Of a stretch of 64,000 nucleotides of DNA, positions 53,621 through 64,000 are shown piece by piece. Source of the stretch: Octopus sinensis (taxonomy: Eukaryota); contig NC_043009.1 in assembly GCF_006345805.1 (NCBI RefSeq), positions 7,626,001 through 7,690,000 on the forward strand, written 5' to 3'. Each line of letters begins with the position of its first letter. Position 1 is the stretch's first letter. Under the pieces are notes generated by a model. That model saw only the letters and a list, made by a program, of their open reading frames with translations, did no database searches and had not been told where the DNA came from. A program made the position numbers and the translations under genes.

Positions 53621-54373
53621 GAAGGTGCGTTCAAAAAGTGTCCGATTATATTTGTGTCCCAAACCGTGTGAGCAAGTTCCTTTGGGTGGAATGTGACGTG
53701 TTAGTTCCCAGCTGTTATGCCTAGAGTACAGACGTGTAGTATGCACTCGGCGGATTTTGGGTTTCAACGAACGCATCGTTCAGAGATATTGCATCAAATT
53801 TTGTCAAAAGCTTGGTGTTACTCAAGCTCAAATCACCCTGAAGATTTAGCAGGCCTTTGGCAATTATGCCATGGACAAAACTCAGATCAAAGAGTGATAC
53901 TGCCGCTTCAAACATGGCAGTACCACAATGGAGAATGAGACATACTCAGGCAGGCCATCGACAAGCCGAAACGTGGAGCCGATTGAGAATGTTCGGTGAA
54001 TAGTCATGAAAGACCGTCGCATAACAATTCAGGAAATTGCTCACGAAGTGGGAATACGAACAGGATCAATGCATTCCATTTTAACGGAGGATTTGTAACT
54101 CAGACTTCATGAAGACCATCATTGCTGGTGGTGAGACATGGATTTACAGTCTCTGCATTCCGTTATCTTGCTTGGAAACGAAAATCCATCGAGTGAGCAC
54201 TACATGCTTGTACTCTAGGCGTAACAACTGAGAACTGACGCGGTCTACCGTCGCATAAATGTTCGCGCATGCGCATGAAGAGCGGCATCACCTGCCATCT
54301 AAAAGATTTTGTTCACGTGGCATTAATTTTGGTGGGACAATATAAAGTAGGATACTTTTTTGAACGCAACTTG
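53621..54373 (+). mobile_element. Internally deleted mariner (irritans-like) with TIRs and TA flanks
   Basis: TA|gaaggtgcgttcaaaaagt ... actttttgaacgcaacttg|TA. 53781-54095: QRYCIKFCQKLG...RFKHG...SGRPSTSRN...DRRITIQEIAHEVGI...SILTEDL with three stops, then DFMKTIIAGGETWIYS (first catalytic D mutated) and a deletion. Confidence 0.88.
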
Positions 54374-56413
54374 TATATGTAATATCATTATCTTTTATAT
54401 GTATGTTTTGTGTCAAATGTACACGCGACTGTACGTGTATTGTCATTTGAGGAAACTTAGGTAAAAGATCTTTAGATGTTCTACAATTTTTCATAGATGG
54501 TTAGATGAATGGTTAACTGCCTGACTGCATGGATGGATGGATGGATGGATGGATGGATGGATGGATGGATGGATGGATGGTTAGATGGATTGATAGATGG
54601 ATCGATCGATCGATCGATCATCAACCACCGGTTGAGGGCACTCTGAAAATGAAATCAAAGTAAATTCAATTGGGTTTAGAATTCAAGTAGCAATAGACAC
54701 CAAAAGATTAGATGCGAACCTCCCTAACTCTACGTCTAATCTATAGAAGCGGGGATTAGGAAGGGCTTCACGATTTACATACTTCCGTTCAAAATACCTC
54801 TCGACAATTTCTTTCACATGAAACAAGGTTTCGAAGTCTGAGTACATGTTCTCAGATACGTGGTTGGTAAAACCAAACGGTTAATGCGGGTGATAAGAAA
54901 ACCACTAATCCCTTTTTAATGGATTAAATTAGTTGTGTGTAATTCCATTCCAAGACTTTCATGTGACATTTCTTCAAATGTTTGGGAGTAGCGATATCAG
55001 CTAGAAATGGTAGTAAACTTTGTTGCCTTCCTCAACGATCTGTCATGGACTCAGTTGGGGACGCGGAGTGCGGCCCGAAAAAGTAGCTGAAATACGTTTG
55101 GTGATAAATGGCCTTGCATTGGCAGTTTGATACAAAATCTACATGAATGGCACTGAAGTATTCGAGATGCGTATAGAGCGATGTGACCTTTCTACACACG
55201 CAGGATGAGTGTCTCAGTATTTCAAGCTTATGAACAACTGTTTTTGCAAGTCAGACAGATCTGGATAGCAACCAAATTAATCGTGAGGAGCAGCTGGATA
55301 CCTTCACTTGTCTAGAATAGACAGGCAATTATTCTGATGGGAACCGAAGCGAAAGATAATGCGCGACAGACAAGTTTTAAATGACTGGCAATAAACACTG
55401 TCCTCTTCGATGAAACCCCTTTCGACCGCTTCCTTATTCAATTCAGAGAAAGCGATTAGGTTGTAAAGGCGGGTACAGTCTTCCAGTGAATTTACAGAAA
55501 AGTGGATGCGAATAGTGACTAGGCTACAAGATAAAAATTAAACCTACTCTCAACACTCGTCTCTAAACTGGAATTGACATCTGGTGGGAGGGGACTTACT
55601 CTTGATCGTACTGATAATCTTGGATCTATAGGGTTTCTTGTTTAACCTATGCCACTCATATGATATCATATATACCTGTATCATTGATTTTCAAATCAGT
55701 TTTTTCTACACCCGATTCAAGCACCAACAATAACTTGTATTGCCTCGTCGGCCTTATCGCATAACTAAACAAAAGAATTTTTCTTTTACTTATACACTTT
55801 GCTAAGTTCGCATTGTTCCATAAATGTATAACGTTCCTTTTAGTAAGGCACCAAACTAAGAGAGTAGTTACCGCGCTGGACAAAATACATTTCTTCCGGC
55901 TCTTTACGCTCTGAGTTCAAATGTCACAGAGGTCGACTTTGCGTTTCATTTCTTCGGGGTCCATAAAATAAGTATTAGTTGAGTATTAGAGGTCGATGAA
56001 ATGCACTTCTTCCACCCACCAAAACTGCTGGCTTTCAGCCCAAATTAGAAAATATCATAACCATCAGCGTCAACGTTTTTCCCGCTTTAACAGAATATAA
56101 TTAATCAGATAATTAATAAATAGCAACCAAATAATTATTCATTCACTTAACTTCTCGACATAAATTAAATACGTAATTACGTTATAAAGGGTGCTTAAGC
56201 GTCCATAATGTAATTTATTTTATACGATATTTCTGTTCATTTTCAACGTATTTATCGCATTTTAAAAGGTTTTATTTCATATTTACACAAATTCTCGTTA
56301 CGTCGAAAATTCCTAACAGCGTATATCCCTTCAGTTCATTCTATTTAATTGGGTCTTCAGATTAATTTGATGCTGCTTTCCTTTCTAATTGCCATATTTT
56401 CATCTTTTATATG

Positions 56414-56610
56414 TTACTTGTTTCAGTCATTAGACTGCGGCCATGCTGGGGCACCTTGAAGAATTTATAGTCGAATGTATTTACCCCAGTACTTTTGGTT
56501 TTAAGCCTGGTGCTTATTCTATCGATTTCTTTTGCCGAGCTGCTAAGGTACGAGGACATAAACACACCAGCACTGTTTGTGAAGCGGTAGAGGCGTGGAC
56601 AAACACAGGC
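56414..56610 (-). mobile_element. SINE family A, 3' module (solo)
   Basis: Hairpin tail and ggtgtgtttatgtcc segment. Similar solo 3' modules at 2241-2388(+), 8981-9178(+) and 50972-51157(+). Confidence 0.75.
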
Positions 56611-56634
56611 GCACATACATAGATATATACATAT

Positions 56635-58356
56635 TGGGGTTATGACTTTTGATTTCTTTGAAAGTAAACAATTTCCTGTATTAAAAATCGATGAACAGTT
56701 TTATATAAATGGGAAAACAACCTTATTTTAAGTTTGTTTTTTTTAAATGTCACCCCAGTTGAAGAAATCTAGCACCACTTTTGACCCAAATCATGCAAAA
56801 TTCTAGTAAGTCCTGGGGTCGATTTGTTCGACTAAAGGCGGTGCTCCAGCATGGCTGCAGTCAAATGACTGAAACAACTAAAAGAGTAAAAAGAGTAGAC
56901 CAAGCATACCAAGTGCTAGTTTTAAAGAATGAACAGGGAGAAATTAAGTTAGAAGCACTCCATTTACCCAACGGAAAAGCCGATACTGTTGTGAAAGGAA
57001 TAACAGCTGTTTTAGATGAATACAATGTATGGAACTGTGTAAAGATGATTGTCGCTGATATGAGTGTGAAGACTGGGTAAGGAAATGGCATTATCAATCA
57101 GTTGCAAAGACTGTTTGCTCAAAATGGTTTCAAAGAACCACCATTTATTGGTTGTCAACATCATATCCTTGATAGAGTTGTTCGCAATGTAATTGATAAC
57201 GAACTTGGAGAAAAAATGTCATCTCCCAATATTGAATATACATTCATCCGAGAGCTTCTAAGTAATTATGAGAAACTCCAAGCTAATTTCAACAACGGTG
57301 AAGAAAAGATTACTGAATCAGCAGGATGGCAAGATGACATGAAATTTCTATTTCATTTGACCAGAGTTTTTCGTTTCTTTGAAGAAACCAGCAAATTTCC
57401 TACTTAAGTAATGCAAGATGGAATTCTCGAGCAATACTAGCTTTTTTGGCATTTATTCTTCTACCAGAGAAAAAAGGTTTTGTTTCTCAATGTTTGTCGA
57501 TTCATCTCTTACAGCTGGGTATAATTTTGGTTTACTGACCAAACGTTCGATGCACATGATTATCAGAAGTTATGTGGTAGCCTACAAGTTCACAAAAAAA
57601 GCAGTGAACTCTGTAAAAAACTTTTGGAGTCGAGAATCATCAAAACTGGAAATCCCAGATCAAATCAGAGTGGAGAACGGGCAATGAAGTGCCTTCACGA
57701 ATTTTATGATGTTTGTAAAAAGGAGAAACTTCAGCTTCGATTTATTTTATCTAACAAAACATTAATTCTTTATGTTTAAAAATTTGTTAGCATTCAGCAC
57801 CCTTTTTCTTACACAGTTTTTTAAAATTGGAATTAAGCTCATAAAGTCAAAAATATGTATTGTTTTTAATTTTGTGTTATCGAATGCTTGTAGTGGCCAC
57901 TGTCTTAAAATAGCCTAGTTTTGAACCTTTGCGTAGAGCAATTTCAATTCAATAATCTTAAAAATGTATAAATACGCTTTTCATTCCACCTCTCTCTTGT
58001 GTTTACAAGGATTTAAGCAGCAGAAATACTGGAGTGTGAATCTAGTGCCAACTTGTGATCATAGTTTAAAAAGCCCATACCTCTGAAACTACCTCAACTA
58101 GAAAGCTGAAATTTCAGATTTACTATTTCTGCATTGCATTGAGTCAACACACCAAGTTTGGTAAAAACTTGAGCAGGCATTATGAAGCCCATTAGAATTT
58201 TGCATGTTTTGGGTCAAAAGTAGTGATCGATTTCTAATATTGGTGGTGACGTCATTTTCAAATAAAGCAAAATAAATGTTAGTTTCCTGACATTTATAAA
58301 ATTATTCATCAAATTACCCTATAGGGTTATTAGACTGTAAAAAAGTCATATCCCTA
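56635..58356 (+). mobile_element. Decayed hAT-like DNA transposon with long (~165-170 bp) imperfect TIRs and a transposase remnant
   Basis: Termini tggggttatgactttt (56635) and aaaagtcatatcccta (58341-58356) match 14/16; inner arms 56771-56805 and 58193-58228 are clear reverse complements. Remnant 56898-57770 across one stop and frameshifts: IVAD..V.TG, GCQHH (CxxH), LSNARWNSRA, PRSNQSGERA. N-terminus missing; no clean TSD. Confidence 0.78.
56806..56897 (+). mobile_element. 5'-truncated SINE A tail inside the hAT-like element
   Basis: gtaagtcctggggtcgatttgttcgactaaaggcggtgctccagcatggctgcagtcaaatgactgaaac(aaaagagt)2. Confidence 0.85.
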
Positions 58357-58912
58357 AAAATATTCTGTAACCTCCTCTTCTCCCACTATTCTATCCTATT
58401 ACTCTGTTACTCTCTCTCTCTCTCCTTCATTTCTTCTCCCTTACTCACGTAGCTCCCACGTGACCGTCAGCCATCTTTCTTTCTTCTCCTAACTTGTGTT
58501 TCTTTCTTTCCGTTGTAGCTGGAACAAGGAAGACGGGTTCTTGTTTGTCTCGTGTCCAAGCTTGATTTACGCGTTCGCCACCACAACCTCGTTTACGCTT
58601 AGCAGCTCTTCCTCTTTGTTTTCACTGTCCTGTTTGGGTTACCAATTTTGACCCACCGCAAAATCCCAAAATTTATTTAATTTGCTTTGCAGGAGCAACT
58701 CTTTTACCGAAAGCATATATCATTGTTAAATGCTCGAAATACGAGAGTAGAAAAACAGCCAACAACTGATGAAGGGTCGTTCTTTATGTTGTTTGTCTTG
58801 TTTTCGATTCGTGACTTTCGTTGTTCAAGACAATAGTTCATATTCCATGTATTCGTACTTTGTATTTTTTGTTGTACACGCTTCATGACATCCTGTGCGC
58901 ACATATGCATGC

Positions 58913-58982
<70 letters not shown>

Positions 58983-58995
58983 ATATATATAATAT

Positions 58996-59033
<38 letters not shown>

Positions 59034-59275
59034 CGTATAGATATTAGTATGTACATATACATATGTATATATGCATATATTATTTATATTATTATTATAT
59101 ATATGCATATGTGTATGTATATGTATATACACACACATATACATATTCGTGTGTGTATTAGTATGCTATATCAGTCAATGTGTGTTTCTGTGTATGTATG
59201 TACATCTATGTCTATCTACAATCATAAAAACTTACGTCCGTCTACTTACTGATATATTAAATCCATTCTGCTCAC

Positions 59276-59432
59276 CAGGTATACCTACAGAGGAAGAAAT
59301 ACCAAGCTGCTTTATACATAGGATGTTTGCTCGAACATTCTGCAGTTCAAGAGTGTTTAACTCCTCAATATTCTTGTCCAAGTTGCCAATTATCCAAAAT
59401 GTGTTGTAACGGATTAGTTCCAACTCTCTTGC
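59276..59432 (-). CDS. Internal coding exon (phase 0 to phase 1); product resembles the iGluR/IR amino-terminal (ANF-receptor/LIVBP-like) domain
   Basis: Minus strand: acceptor atttcttcctgtattttatag|GCA and donor CCTG|gtgagc; 157 nt; only one frame is open: ARELELIRYNTFWIIGNLDKNIEELNTLELQNVRANILCIKQLGISSSVGIP(G). Pattern A-x5-L-x4-W-I-I-x-N-L-D...ANI recalls AMPA/kainate ATD segments such as YHYIIANLG...GANVSGF (by eye). In-frame alternative gtaagt donors at 59250 and 59236. Confidence 0.62.
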
Positions 59433-59473
59433 CTATAAAATACAGGAAGAAATAATCATTCCATATCACCATG

Positions 59474-59523
<50 letters not shown>

Positions 59524-59738
59524 TGCGTAGTACGACTGGTTTTTTTCAGTTTCTGTCTACCAAATACACTCACAAGGCGACAGTAGAAGACATTTATCCT
59601 GAGAGCTGCGTAGTGGAACTGAACCCGGAAACATGAGGTTGAGAAGCAAGCTTCTTACCACACAGCCACGTCTGCGCCTTGTGCACACACACACACACAC
59701 GCACGTACATATTTAGTGGTTTTATCTCTAATTTAATT

Positions 59739-59813
<75 letters not shown>

Positions 59814-60309
59814 AATAAGATACGTACATGCATGTATGTGCATACATGCATATACATATATATTTTTTTCTATACGTTCAGGTATGTATGTTTGTATGTA
59901 TATATGTATGCATTTGTGTAACCATGTATCTATGTACATATCTATTTGTATATTACAGAGAATATCGATATATCGAATTTGTTTGCTTGTTTGCGTGTTT
60001 GTTTTGAGTTTTTTTTCTTTTTTGTTTCTTGATTTTTGTTTTCAAAATAATCATAGATTATTTAACGATTAATTTCCTTAAAAAATATCCATTTTTTCTT
60101 AGATTCTTCCGTATGTGTGACTCTTTTCCATTCGTTGCATGATAAAACTAATTTCTTCGCAGACTTTGGACTAATTCTAGTCAACATCAATTTTGAAACA
60201 TTTCATATTTATTACATTAAATTAGCCGTGAGTCTGATCTTCATTAACTTTGCCGTCTGTGATTAATGTTCCAAATTCTTGATTTCTCACTTTACGTATA
60301 TCTTCCAGC

Positions 60310-61605
60310 TGCTATGGTCGCCTTCTCCGCACACACTACATAAAGCATCTCCACATTGCCTGGCACCTGGCACTAGAATGCCGTTAAGCACTCACAACCC
60401 TCTACCAGTCGGGTAATGAGGTCGGTGGATGTTCCGCTTTAGAAATTTATGGAATGGAAGCACTCCGTCGGTTACGACGATGAGGGTTCCGGTTGATCCG
60501 AATCAACGGAACCGCCTGCTCGTGAAATTAACGTATAAGTGGCTGAGCACTCCACAGACACGTGTACCCTTAACGTAGTTCTCGGGGATATTCAGCGTGA
60601 CACAGAGAGTGACAAGGCCGGCCCTTTGAAATACAGGTACAACAGAAACAGGAAGTAAGAGTGAGAGAAAGTTATGGTGAAAGAGTACAGCAGGGATCAC
60701 CACCATTAGAAATTTATAGAGGATTAGTGAAGGGGAAGTGCGACGACGTTCTCGGGGAGACTCTGGGCTCCTACGAGAACGAACTGGCTAGTCTGTTCCG
60801 GAGAACTTTCCAGTCGGGAACCATCATGGATAATTTCCAAATGTCCTTGGATTTGGCAGTGCCACCGATTCGAGATAAACTCTGCAGGCACGGGTGTGTT
60901 GTCAGATGGACTTATCCGAGGTCCGTGCAGAGTGACGGAACTGTTCTGCACGCCCTCGTTCAGTGTCCGGGCATTGCTGACTTTGGGGGTTACGTCGAAC
61001 AGCTGCTGTCACGTGTGGGACGGATCCGTCTGTCGACCGAGTCTGTGGTGATGGTCGCACTGCCGCCGTCTTTCAATCGGGCAAGCAAGGCAGTTTTCCT
61101 TTGTCTAGTGGCTGTGGCGAAAGAGGTTGTTTGGTGGACAAGACTGAAAGGCATGAGGACAGATACATTCCTCTTTGGTAGAGATCTCATCGACTTCTTC
61201 CAGTTTTACTTGAAAAAGAAATTGAGAGTGGAGAGGGAAGTGCCGTCCTCGAGTGAATTTCATGAAATGTGGGTGAAAGTTATCAAAATAGCATGAATGG
61301 ATGGTACCTCTCTAAGTGTAGACCTGTAAGTCGGAGAGAAGGAATTAGAGAGGGCGTTGCTCCTAGGGTTTCAGGTACATCTCGGACAGTGGGGTTCCTC
61401 GATTATCCCTCAGGAGGGTCACATCTCTATCACCCTTCCCGCCTTTTTTTTAAACATTTGTATGCTATGCATATGTCCCTTCTTTTTCAGTGTACACTTA
61501 CCCTTTTTCTTTTGATCATTTCATTATTATATGTAAACGCCCTGCACTTTATGTCTTTTTCTGTATTGTCCCCTCATCTTTCGCCCTTGTGGGAAATAAA
61601 TGAAA

Positions 61606-61636
<31 letters not shown>
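60310..61636 (+). mobile_element. Tx1/L1-clade LINE 3' fragment (ORF2 zf-RVT region, 3' UTR, (ATT)n tail), interrupted by a SINE
   Basis: LEIYRGLVKG...DNFQMSL...PIRDKLCRHG...TYPRSVQSDGTVLHALVQCP...LVAVAKEVVWWTRLKG resembles a decayed CPxC...ETxxH...C zinc knuckle and the following W motif; 3' UTR ends gggaaataaatgaaatc(ATT)n. The start coordinate is approximate. Confidence 0.75.
60451..60705 (-). mobile_element. 5'-truncated chimeric SINE (D central block plus C tail) with a 12-bp TSD, inserted in the Tx1 LINE
   Basis: TSD ttagaaatttat at 60439-60450 and 60706-60717; ggtgatccctgctgtactctttcacc matches 13745-13770; the remainder matches family C. Confidence 0.85.
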
Positions 61637-61679
<43 letters not shown>

Positions 61680-61744
61680 GGTGGTGGTGGTGGTGGTGGT
61701 GGTGGTGGTGGTGGTAGTATTAGTAGTAGTAGTAGTAGTAGTAA

Positions 61745-61779
<35 letters not shown>

Positions 61780-62082
61780 TTATTATGTTATTATGTTATT
61801 GTCTCTTTTACCTCCTAAGTTCAAATTCCACTGTGGTCGACTTTGCCTTTCATCCTTTCGGGGTCAATAAAATAAGTACCAGCTGAACACCGGGGTCGAT
61901 GTAATCGACTTACCCCTTTCCCCGTTGTTACTCACCTCTGTGTATAAGCACATTTAGACGACGAAATGTTCCCAGTGAAAATCCTCAGAAAAATTATTCC
62001 ATTTTATGAGTGCTTCTTCGGTGAAAGCTAAAAAGCGATCGGATATTTTGCCAAACTGAAGTCTTTATTCTACAGCACCTAC

Positions 62083-62205
62083 GCGAATATTGATAAGTTC
62101 CAGAATTGTTGCTGTTCCAATCGTACAGTTAAATACTATGTATACTTTGGGGACAAGGATTCTAAGATCTAGTTTAATCTTGTTAGCACATTTTTCTCTT
62201 TTATT
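62083..62205 (-). CDS. Candidate upstream exon of the same gene (phase 0 to 0)
   Basis: tatag|AAT...CGC|gtaggt, 123 nt, NKREKCANKIKLDLRILVPKVYIVFNCTIGTATILELINIR. YIVFNC...A.IL resembles the HVIFDC...AGILKQ motif that precedes the matching segment in kainate receptors, and the phase fits 59432. Splice sites are weak. Confidence 0.33.
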
Positions 62206-64000
62206 CTATAGTCCTAAAGGGTTGTAAACATCCTTCTTCAATCGAGAAACCATTTTAGTTTGTTATACATTGACCTTGCAGAAATTCCCTTAATACATGT
62301 TTTTCCGTGACATGACTATCACATTGTGTATCCTTTCTTACTTGACCTTAAGCAAGAAAACTTCTTTCACTTTAAGGATAATATATTCAGTTTCAACAAT
62401 TCCAACTTTGTTAACTCACCATTTCTTGATTTAGCTTTCTCAATCATCTTCTACCTCTCTTTTCTCTTCTCTTTTCTTTTTCTCGTTATTTTTGCGTCTA
62501 CACCCTTCTTTTTTCTGTGTTTCGAACGTTTTCTCTCTTTCTCCCAGCCTGTCTTTCTCTCTATTTCTCTCTCAGTAGTTTTATCTCTCTATTTCTCTTT
62601 ATTTCTTTCTTTCTTTCTGTTCGTTCTCTCAGACACACAAACGCACGCATTTTACTTTCTTCTTTTCGTGCTTCTCTCTCAGTCTCATTACCAATGTTTA
62701 GAGTATTCACTAAACCATTGAATATGTCGATTTGGGCAAAACGCCATTAATCATCATTTCATTTGGCAAATAATATCTTTCTTTCTTTCTTTCTTTCTTT
62801 TTTATATTGTTGAAACAAAATTATGACATCGTTTCCCGCCTCAAGGATAAAATGTTAGATGCGTAAGTTCGCTGCATAACTCTGATCTCATTGGATCCGA
62901 ATGTCGTAAATTCTATCATATGACTGCTGTTGGCAACACATCACTGCCAACAATCTTATCTTGCTTGGCTCTATTTTTCTAATGGGTAATCTACATTTTA
63001 CTCTAAGGAAGCTGTGGCCTTCCGTTTCTATCTCGCCACCGCACATCCATCAACAATGACCAGCTCCCAGCGGGATAGGGAGTCTATGAAAACACATTAT
63101 ACTCTATAGCTTAGTAAACTGCAGTGACATTTAAATACCGTTACAAGGAACATAGAATTGAATCAGCTTAAAATCAAACATAATTTTAAGATGTCCTTCT
63201 CGGAAAACAAACAAACAAACTGTACAAGTGAGTTAAACTACAATGGTGATATTCGTTCACCCCACAGGCAAGTCGCAGTGCATAATGAGAAAAACTTAAC
63301 GTTTATTGGCACCGAAGAAAAGTAGCGATAACAAGAAATTTCACAGAAGCGAAAAACAGACGCAAAGGCTTGATGGATGGTCATTTCTTTCTCAATTTGT
63401 CAGTCATGGGTTCGTTTCGCATTGCAAGAATTTCTTAATTCTCTTAGACCGAAGCACTTAATACTATTTGCCTTCAACTACTGAAAACAAAAATTCTGAG
63501 GAAAAAAAAATAAAATTCGAAAAACATAGACATTTCTTGTTGCATTCATTTGATTTACTTCTGTGCAAAAAAAAAAGACGTAAAATATCAAATCATTGTT
63601 AAAAACAATTCCATCTCATAATAAACTTAAAAAATCATCGTATTTTTTTCTATTTTCAGTACAATAGTCAAAAATAATCTAAAACTTAGCTTAAGTGTAC
63701 ATTATCGTCAACTTAAACTGCTTCTAATTGTTCGAATTTTGTTGGCTTTATGTTCAGTATAAACGTATAGAGTAGCAAGAAATAATATCACTATAAATAG
63801 TAGGTTCCTAATGGTTAATGGGCAACACCAAGGTGAAAACAGATTGATTTTTAAAAATAAAAACAACCCAAGAAGGTTATGTTACTGGGGCTGCACTTTG
63901 CACTTCATTTATACAGGGCCGTTAAAATAAATAGCAGTTTAAATCTTCCATTCACAGCTACCATTTTTGGATGATTTCCATGCTTCTTATTTAACGGCAT

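Noticed and set aside
54950-55560. Possible decayed LTR-retrotransposon integrase on the minus strand (RFG.P, VERSHR, SGRTPR-like words)
   Set aside because: Needs several frameshifts and only short words match; not distinguishable from chance without a profile search.
56781-57080. 99-aa ORF as a gene
   Set aside because: It is a fusion of TIR, SINE tail and transposase remnant, ending at a premature stop.
60661-61296. 211-aa ORF as an intact gene
   Set aside because: Its first ~15 codons come from the inserted SINE; the rest is the truncated, mutated C-terminus of a Tx1/L1 ORF2.

Overview
AT-rich eukaryotic genomic DNA made up mostly of microsatellites and transposon debris, with one 100-N gap (26621-26720). 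The tRNA-headed SINE families and the microsatellite density are most consistent with an octopus (coleoid cephalopod) genome; this is recognition from memory, not a database result. Almost all ORFs in the supplied track are artefacts of simple repeats. Host coding signal is limited to one well-formed minus-strand internal exon (59276-59432) whose 52 aa resemble the amino-terminal (LIVBP/ANF-receptor-like) domain of ionotropic glutamate receptors/IR co-receptors, plus weaker candidate exons, so part of the window is probably intronic. Mobile elements: at least four SINE families (A: dimeric, with an internal microsatellite; B; C; D), fragments of CR1-group, RTE and Tx1/L1 LINEs, two decayed mariner transposases and a mariner MITE, a decayed hAT-like element with ~170-bp TIRs, a GG-ended MITE with an 8-bp TSD, a Helitron-like element and several fold-back palindromes. 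Most notable: (1) two SINE-LINE partner pairs with both partners in the window (SINE A with the CR1-group LINE via a conserved 3' hairpin; SINE B with the Tx1/L1 LINE via a shared 3' end); (2) three unrelated repeats carrying degenerate minimal type-I hammerhead-ribozyme folds of the Penelope-like kind, one fused behind a tRNA-derived head in a head-to-head arrangement; (3) recurrent zero-spacer palindromes centred on TA-rich sequence.
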